Source: an uncultured Anaerolineales bacterium (GTDB lineage Bacteria; Chloroflexota; Anaerolineae; UBA2200). From it: DNA of 64,000 bases. Made by a program: the position numbers and the translations under genes. Below, piece by piece: positions 58,160 through 64,000 of the stretch (positions are counted from its first letter, which is position 1; every line of letters begins with the position of its first letter). The DNA lies in NCBI GenBank assembly GCA_964478075.1, contig CAYZGO010000015.1, positions 4,715-68,714 of the forward strand. Reading direction: 5' to 3'. The notes below the pieces were generated by a model, which saw only the letters and a program-made list of their open reading frames with translations, was not told where the DNA came from and made no database searches.

Positions 58160-58900
58160 CTAGAGAGGCGGCAATGGAAAACGAACGGTCAACCGCCGCG
58201 CATGGTCAATTTGCTTGCGGGGCACAAGAGCCAGTACGAGTACACTCATGTCATCTTGTGGTCGGCCCTTGTCCAGTTCTACAGCACGAGCCAGGATGGC
58301 ATCAGCCAACGCGGCAGCATCATCATCGCCACGGGCAATGAATGCGGCGGCCATACCCGCCACGTCGAATGACGCGCCGAAACGACGTCCGGCATCAAGC
58401 ACTCCATCGGTGAAGACAATGATCCACGTATCGGACGCAACTGACAGCTCGGTAATGACTGGCTTTGTCCGGGTATAGACGCCGATGGCCTGGCTTGGTT
58501 CATCAAGCCTGTGCAGACCATCCTTGTCAACGACCAGCACAGGACAATGACTGTTGCGCGAGATGACGATAGTACGCGTCACTAGGTCGAGCGAAACGAT
58601 GCTTAGCTCAGCTGACACTTGGCCTCGACGATGCGCGCGCAAGTAGTCGTGCGCGGCTCGGGCAGCCGCACCATCGCGCACGCCCTCCGCCAGCAGAGAG
58701 ATAGCCTTGCGTGACACTAGGTTACTGATGAGCTTGGCGGCGCGCCCGCTGCGCTGGCCATCAACCAGAACCAGAGAAAGCCCACCTTGCGGTCGCTCAA
58801 CTATCTCCAGAGTATCGCCGCTCTCGCTGGTAGCGTACTTACCGACCTTGGCTACACTGACCTGCAATTCGAGCTCGACATCATCATCTTGCTCTTGCAT
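58160..58900 (-). CDS. PP2C/SpoIIE-like Ser/Thr phosphatase
   Basis: ESGD, VDG, FTDG and DDMS metal-binding motifs. Confidence 0.8.
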   Translation of the reverse strand: MQEQDDDVELELQVSVAKVGKYATSESGDTLEIVERPQGGLSLVLVDGQRSGRAAKLISNLVSRKAISLLAEGVRDGAAARAAHDYLRAHRRGQVSAELSIVSLDLVTRTIVISRNSHCPVLVVDKDGLHRLDEPSQAIGVYTRTKPVITELSVASDTWIIVFTDGVLDAGRRFGASFDVAGMAAAFIARGDDDAAALADAILARAVELDKGRPQDDMSVLVLALVPRKQIDHARRLTVRFPLPPL

Positions 58901-59024
58901 GGCTTTATTATACCGCTACTCGCTTTTTGCTCAAAGGAGCCTGGAATCTGGGAAACTAGGGTCCTGGACACCGGACATTGACAATGAGACAGGACGACCT
59001 ATAATGACGGTGGAGGAAGTCTGC

Positions 59025-59552
59025 ATGGAGATCACTATCAGCGCTTGTTGGACTACCTGGGGTTGGGTAGGGACTGCGGTCTCTCGCGAGGGACTGCTTG
59101 GCACCAGCCTGCCTGCGGTTTCGCGAGAACGAGCGCTGGCCCCCTTGCTACACGAACGGCCTGACGCTCAGGACGGCATGAACCCCCGCCTTGCAGCCCT
59201 GCACGAGAAGCTGTGTCGCTATTTTCGTGGCGAAATTGTGGATTTCCACGATCAATTACTGGATACACGCGAGGCTACCGACTTCCAGGCTCGCGTGTGG
59301 AAAGCTGTACGCGCCATTCCTTATGGACAGGTGTGCTCCTACAGTTGGATAGCGAATCGGGCCGGCTCACGACGGGGTGCACGTGCTGTTGGACGAGCTC
59401 TGGCCATCAATCCTTTTCCCATTGTCGTGCCGTGCCATCGTGTAGTGGGACAGGACGGCCAACTGATCGGCTTCGCTGCTGGTCTTGCCATGAAGCGTCG
59501 TCTGTTGGAATTGGAGGCAGTCCAGGTGACTTCACCTGCGGCTATAGTGTAA
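59025..59552 (+). CDS. ogt: Methylated-DNA-protein-cysteine methyltransferase
   Basis: FQ..VW.A...IPYG...SY, ARAVG.A...NP...VVPCHRV; ATG 59025 after GGAGG. Confidence 0.92.
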   Translation: MEITISACWTTWGWVGTAVSREGLLGTSLPAVSRERALAPLLHERPDAQDGMNPRLAALHEKLCRYFRGEIVDFHDQLLDTREATDFQARVWKAVRAIPYGQVCSYSWIANRAGSRRGARAVGRALAINPFPIVVPCHRVVGQDGQLIGFAAGLAMKRRLLELEAVQVTSPAAIV

Positions 59553-59560
59553 GGTATGCT

Positions 59561-59699
59561 GGCCGGGGTGTAGTTCACAGTGGGCGCACAAAGCCCTCCG
59601 AGGTTGTGATGCCACTCTTGTCGGTAAGAAAAGCCAGCGATTCGCAAAGCTGGAGCTCTTGCTGACTGGGTCTGTCGCAAGACTGAACTGCACCAGGCC
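59561..59699. ncRNA. Candidate structured non-coding RNA (6S-like or undescribed)
   Basis: End-to-end stem GGCC..GGTGTAGTTCA/TGAACTGCACC.GGCC plus three internal stems; intergenic. Confidence 0.5.
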
Positions 59700-59711
59700 G
59701 AGCAGGTCACC

Positions 59712-59740
59712 TTGACGACTGCAGCGTAACGTGGTAAGAT
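59712..59740 (+). promoter_or_regulatory. sigma70-type promoter for the glycosyltransferase cluster
   Basis: TTGACG-17 bp-TAAGAT. Confidence 0.7.
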
Positions 59741-59762
59741 GGCTACGCAGCGGGCATCGTCG

Positions 59763-59794
59763 CCCCCATTTCTTGGTATCGAAGTGGGGGTTTT
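59763..59794 (+). terminator. Terminator-like hairpin in the GT-cluster leader
   Basis: CCCCCATTTC-ttggtatc-GAAGTGGGGG-TTTT. Confidence 0.5.
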
Positions 59795-59885
59795 CCACGG
59801 AATACTGCGTTGATCCACGCCTGAGGATCCTTCTCACGAGAGAATCGCAGTGAGAAGCAGCAAAGCAAGAAAGAGAGCACGATCC

Positions 59886-60992
59886 ATGCGCGTCGGCATA
59901 GATGCCCGACTCGTCTACTACAGACAAGCCGGCATCAGTCAATACACGGTTCGCCTGCTGGAGGAATTTGCCTCCATTGGCAAGAATGACGAGTTCATTG
60001 TCTTTCAGAGCCGCAAAGACAAGTCCACGCTGGTAGACCGACCGAACTTTCGCAAACGCTCCTTGTGGACGCCTCCTCACCATCGCCTAGAACAACTGCT
60101 GCTACCACTAGAAATCGCCACAGTGGATCTGGATGTGTTGCACAGTCCGGATTTCATTCCTCCATTCCGACGTACTTGTAAGTCAGTAATCACCATCCAT
60201 GACCTCAATTTTCTGCTGTACCCGCACTTTTTGACACCGGAAAGTGCCAGTTACTATGGCCAGATTGACCAGGCAGTGCGAAAGTGCGACCACATCATCG
60301 CAGTTTCGGAGAGCACGAAGCGAGACATAATCCGTCTGACAGGCGCACCAGAAAACAAGATAACAGTTGTCTACGAAGCAGCGCATCCCCTCTACCGGCC
60401 GCTGCAAGATGAGTCCCGGCTCCAACAGGCCAAAGAACGACTTGGCATTCCCAATGACTTTATCCTCTTCGTGAGTACTATTGAACCACGCAAGAACGTA
60501 CCCACTCTGCTGATGGCCTATAGGCAATTGCTGCACGACTACCGCACTGAAGCTAGCTTGATACTGGCCGGAGAGAAGGGATGGCTTTTCGATGAAGTGT
60601 TCGCGCTGGTCGGGAAGCTCGGCCTTCAGGAACGCGTCCGCTTCCTGGGTAGCGTCTCACCGGAAGATCTGCTGGGGCTATACAATGCGGCCCGTCTGCT
60701 CGTTCACCCAGCCTTCTACGAGGGCTTTGGCCTCCCGCCGTTGGAAGCGATGGCCTGTGGCACACCTGTGGTTGTGTCCAACACATCGTCGCTGCCAGAA
60801 GTAGTTGGGGATGCTGCGCTGCTGGTGGAGCCTACGGATGTAGATGGCATGACAGTGGCCATGTGGCGTTTGCTGTCAGACGAAGCCCTCCGCCAAGAGA
60901 TGATTGACAAAGGTCTCAAGCGGGCTCGCCTGTTCTCCTGGAGGAAAGCAGCATTGGAGACCTTGGACATCTATCATCGCCTGGCACAGTAG
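59886..60992 (+). CDS. Family 4 glycosyltransferase
   Basis: MRVGIDAR, TIHDL, EPRKN, EGFGLPPLEAMACG; ATG 59886. Confidence 0.92.
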   Translation: MRVGIDARLVYYRQAGISQYTVRLLEEFASIGKNDEFIVFQSRKDKSTLVDRPNFRKRSLWTPPHHRLEQLLLPLEIATVDLDVLHSPDFIPPFRRTCKSVITIHDLNFLLYPHFLTPESASYYGQIDQAVRKCDHIIAVSESTKRDIIRLTGAPENKITVVYEAAHPLYRPLQDESRLQQAKERLGIPNDFILFVSTIEPRKNVPTLLMAYRQLLHDYRTEASLILAGEKGWLFDEVFALVGKLGLQERVRFLGSVSPEDLLGLYNAARLLVHPAFYEGFGLPPLEAMACGTPVVVSNTSSLPEVVGDAALLVEPTDVDGMTVAMWRLLSDEALRQEMIDKGLKRARLFSWRKAALETLDIYHRLAQ

Positions 60993-60997
60993 CGAGC

Positions 60998-62218
60998 ATG
61001 AACAAGCGAATCCTCTTTCTGACGCCACAATTGCCTTACCCACCACAGCAGGGCACTTCGATTCGCAACTACAATCTTATCGTGCAAGTGGCTAGACGGC
61101 ATGAGGTTCACCTGCTCTCATTCACTGATTCAGGGGGCCCAACAATGGACCCCGGGCCTCTCCAAGACCTGTGCGCGAGTCTGAATACAGTGCCGGCACC
61201 TAGTCGCACCAACTGGCGTCGCCTGCTGACCGTCCTGACTTCTCCCTTGCCTGACATCGCTCATCGCCTGTCAGCAGTTGCCTTTCAACAGAAGCTGGCA
61301 GAGTTGCTGAGTGCAGCGAGCCTGGATGTGCTGCAGATAGAGGGTCTGGAAATGGCACAATACGGCCTGTGGGCCAGGCGATTTGCAGGGAAGCAGGCAC
61401 CATTTCTCGTGTACGACGCTCACAATGCCGAATACCTGCTGCAGCAGCGCATTTTCGAGACGGACTCTCGTCGTCCTCGCCGCTGGCCAGGGGCGATTTA
61501 TTCGCTCATCCAGTGGCAAAAACTGCGTCGCTACGAATCAATGGTTTGTCGCCGGGCCGACCGGGTGATGGCCTGCTCCTCTGCAGACGCACAAGCACTG
61601 GTCCGGCTCGTTCCCGGTCTGAAGGCAATCCTCGTACGCAACGGCGTAGACACGCAGCATTACCGGCCAGACGCAGTATCTCCAGCCCTACTGGGTACTC
61701 AGGCGCTGGTTTTCACAGGCAAGATGGACTTCCGCCCCAACGTAGATGCTGTCCTGTGGTTTTGCTCAGAGGTGCTGCCCATAATCAGGCGGGCGTCCCC
61801 AGAAGCACACTTTTACATCGTGGGCAAGAACCCCCATCCGCGCCTCGAGCCGCTGACTCGCAGGCCGGGCGTAACGATAACCGGCTTTGTGGAAGACCCA
61901 CGTCCCTACACTGCGGTGGCGGCGGTCTACGTCGTGCCGCTCCTCACTGGTGGTGGAACGCGCCTCAAAGTCCTGGAAGCCATGGCTATGGGCAAGGCCA
62001 TTGTCTGTACCACTCTGGGCTGTGAAGGCATCCACGCTACGCCAGAACGCGACATCGTGCTGGCTGACGCCGCCGATGACTTTGCCACGTGCGTGCTCGC
62101 TTTGCTGGAGAATAGAGCGCGGCGCAAGGAGTTGGGCCATGCGGCGCGAACCTTTGTTGAGCAGCACTTTGACTGGCAGACCGTCACCGCCCCGCTGGAG
62201 CAAGCCTATGAGCCCTAG
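60998..62218 (+). CDS. Family 4 glycosyltransferase
   Basis: NGVD, FTGKMDFRPN.DA, GGGTRLKVLEAMAMG. Confidence 0.9.
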   Translation: MNKRILFLTPQLPYPPQQGTSIRNYNLIVQVARRHEVHLLSFTDSGGPTMDPGPLQDLCASLNTVPAPSRTNWRRLLTVLTSPLPDIAHRLSAVAFQQKLAELLSAASLDVLQIEGLEMAQYGLWARRFAGKQAPFLVYDAHNAEYLLQQRIFETDSRRPRRWPGAIYSLIQWQKLRRYESMVCRRADRVMACSSADAQALVRLVPGLKAILVRNGVDTQHYRPDAVSPALLGTQALVFTGKMDFRPNVDAVLWFCSEVLPIIRRASPEAHFYIVGKNPHPRLEPLTRRPGVTITGFVEDPRPYTAVAAVYVVPLLTGGGTRLKVLEAMAMGKAIVCTTLGCEGIHATPERDIVLADAADDFATCVLALLENRARRKELGHAARTFVEQHFDWQTVTAPLEQAYEP

Positions 62219-63380
62219 CCGTCAGCGCTTGCGCCTGGCGCTGTTGCGTGCGTTTGCCGCGCTGAGTTCGCCTCTGCGTCGAGGCAGACTACATGTCTTG
62301 CCTGCTGCACCACGAATCCTTGTGATCCGCCCCGACCATATCGGCGACTTGCTCTTCGCGACGCCTGCGCTACGCGTACTGCGCAAGGCGTTCCCCAGCG
62401 CCCACCTGGCCTGTATGGTCGGCCCGTGGGGCAGGGCCGTGCTAGAGAACAATCCTCATCTTAGCGAGATCATCGTCTGTGAGTTTCCGGCCTTCAGCCG
62501 CAGGCTGAAGGCGTCGCTGCTTGCCCCGTATCGCAAACTGCACGAATGGGCTGCGCAGCTAGAGTCACGGCGCTTTGACATGGCCATAGTGCTGCGCTTC
62601 GACCACTGGTGGGGAGCGCTGTTGACATATTCGGCGGGCATTCCCCGACGCCTGGGCTACGCAATCCCCGAATGCCAACCCTTCTTGACGAGAGTTGTCC
62701 CTTATATCAGCTTGCAGCATGAGGTACAGCAAGACGTGACGCTCATCGAGCAGGCCGTACAAGAGAGTGGACGCCAGGTGCCTGAGGCTCCATTGACGCT
62801 TGAGTTTGAAATCCCTGCAAGAGATCAGGAGTACATCGCCAGTTACCTGGCTGAGCATGGAGTGACAGCAGATCAGGGTTTGGTTGCCATTCATCCAGGC
62901 GCGGGTGCGCCTGTCAAGCAGTGGGGGCCGGAGGCTTTCGCTGCAGTCGCAGATGCCATCGCACGGCGTTGGAGGTTCAAGGTGGTCATCACCGGCGCCC
63001 GCGACGAACTCGACCTAGCCTGGTCAATCTACGCACGAATGCGCTTCGATCCCATCGTCGCTGCTGGCGAGACGTCACTAGGCCAGCTTGCCGCTCTTTT
63101 CCAGCGCTGTCGCCTTGTCATTGGCCCAGACTGCGGGCCGCTGCACCTCGCTGTGGCCGCCGGCACGCCGACGGTGCACCTTTATGGGCCGGTGGATCCA
63201 CGCAAGTTCGGCCCGTGGGGTAAGCCAGAGAAGCACCTGGTCGTGAGTTCTCATCGCGAATGCGTCCCTTGCAACCGGCTTGACTACTCCGCCCAGGAGC
63301 TACCGAGCCACCCCTGTGTGCGTGAGATACCAGTTCAGGCCGTGCTCGAGGCTGCTCAGAAACTACTGAATAGAGTTTGA
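62208..63380 (+). CDS. Family 9 glycosyltransferase (heptosyltransferase-like)
   Basis: ILVIRPDHIGDLL, IHPGAG...K.W, D.GP.HLA.A.G.PTV.LYGP; ATG 62208 overlaps upstream stop. Confidence 0.88.
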   Translation: MSPSRQRLRLALLRAFAALSSPLRRGRLHVLPAAPRILVIRPDHIGDLLFATPALRVLRKAFPSAHLACMVGPWGRAVLENNPHLSEIIVCEFPAFSRRLKASLLAPYRKLHEWAAQLESRRFDMAIVLRFDHWWGALLTYSAGIPRRLGYAIPECQPFLTRVVPYISLQHEVQQDVTLIEQAVQESGRQVPEAPLTLEFEIPARDQEYIASYLAEHGVTADQGLVAIHPGAGAPVKQWGPEAFAAVADAIARRWRFKVVITGARDELDLAWSIYARMRFDPIVAAGETSLGQLAALFQRCRLVIGPDCGPLHLAVAAGTPTVHLYGPVDPRKFGPWGKPEKHLVVSSHRECVPCNRLDYSAQELPSHPCVREIPVQAVLEAAQKLLNRV

Positions 63381-63418
63381 CAGGCCCGCCTCAATACTAC
63401 AGCCACAGTTGGCCGAGA

Positions 63419-63446
63419 TGTCATTCTGAGCGACCGAAGGGAATCT
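63419..63446. repeat. REP-like motif TGTCATTCTGAGCGA..GAAGGGAATCT
   Basis: Shares TGTCATTCTGAGC with 39855-39867. Confidence 0.55.
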
Positions 63447-63467
63447 CATCGTAGCATAGCCTTACCC

Positions 63468-63582
63468 TACTGCTTCGTGCATGAACCGCTCGTCCCGCCC
63501 TGACGGGATTGCTAAACCTCACTGGTCGGATTACCGTACAAAAACCGGTGCCTGAGTTTAGCGCTTGACGCAGTACCCTGTA
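63468..63582 (-). mobile_element. Dispersed MITE-like element, copy C
   Basis: TACTGCTTCGTGC[insert]ATTGCTAAACCTCACTGGT...GCGCTTGACGCAGTACCCTGTA. Confidence 0.7.
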
Positions 63583-63593
63583 AGAGGGTGAAC

Positions 63594-64000
63594 ATGCGAT
63601 TCGTCTGGAGCCTGGCAACTATCCTTCTGCTTGCTGCGCTGTCCGGAATGGCGCTCGGTGCGAGCACCGAGTTTTGCCTGGTGACTATCCCCTATGAAGG
63701 GCTGGAACAGCTTCGGCAACTGGCGTCCTGGGGACTGCAGATCATCAACTATCAGGGGAACGTCCTCGCTGCGCTGAGCTGTGACGGACAGATCGAGAGA
63801 TTGCGCCAGGCCGGTTTTCAGGTCACAGTCCTGGACTGGGCAGCGGACACCCGGCTATACTATGTGACCTATCCCTCCCCAGCGGATGACTTCGCACCGC
63901 TGTCCGCAGTAGAGGCCGCATACCCATACGCGCGGGATGTCCATATCGTCAGAGCCACGTCCGCCCAGGCGGAAGCTCTGGCCATGCGGGGCGTGGAAAT
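63594..64000 (+). CDS. Secreted protein, N-terminal part (runs off right edge)
   Basis: Open frame from ATG 63594: MRFVWSLATILLLAALSGMALGA signal peptide; GAGGGTG RBS. Confidence 0.7.
   Translation, partial: MRFVWSLATILLLAALSGMALGASTEFCLVTIPYEGLEQLRQLASWGLQIINYQGNVLAALSCDGQIERLRQAGFQVTVLDWAADTRLYYVTYPSPADDFAPLSAVEAAYPYARDVHIVRATSAQAEALAMRGVE

Noticed and set aside
59561-59640. tRNA-like 5' start (GGCCGGGGTGTAGTTCA)
   Set aside because: No TTCGA T-loop, anticodon arm or acceptor-stem geometry at tRNA spacing
59567-59694. TGAACTGCACC resembles IS3-family ends
   Set aside because: The two motifs face outward rather than enclosing the segment, and no transposase is adjacent; better explained as an RNA closing stem

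Overview
A gene-dense, mostly housekeeping chromosomal window. Gene content and protein style suggest a Chloroflexota bacterium, probably Anaerolineae-like (inference). It runs: fabF 3' end, pth, mfd, NTPase, plsX, YfhO-type membrane protein, CDF transporter, comEA, thrS under a Thr T-box, rodZ-like gene, rimO, GT2, plsC, rsmD, lon, gamma-carbonic anhydrase, AmmeMemoRadiSam radical SAM, GH36 plus a full opp/dpp ABC system with two binding proteins, ECF sigma/anti-sigma/LysM, lepB, pnp, rpsO, atypical response regulator, SLOG-like protein, YVTN lipoprotein, Zn-ADH, secDF, P-loop protein plus PP2C-like phosphatase, ogt and a GT4-GT4-GT9 cluster. I saw no tRNA, rRNA, CRISPR array, transposase or prophage. 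The least explained signals are non-coding or tiny: (i) a ~140-nt highly foldable intergenic sequence at 59561-59699 (candidate 6S-like or new ncRNA); (ii) a Thr-rich 32-aa ORF between the T-box terminator and thrS; (iii) several dispersed REP/MITE-like families, some nested in each other, in most large intergenic gaps; (iv) several apparently catalytically degenerate proteins and gene relics. No single clearly new multi-gene system could be established from sequence alone. All product calls are from motif recognition, not database searches.
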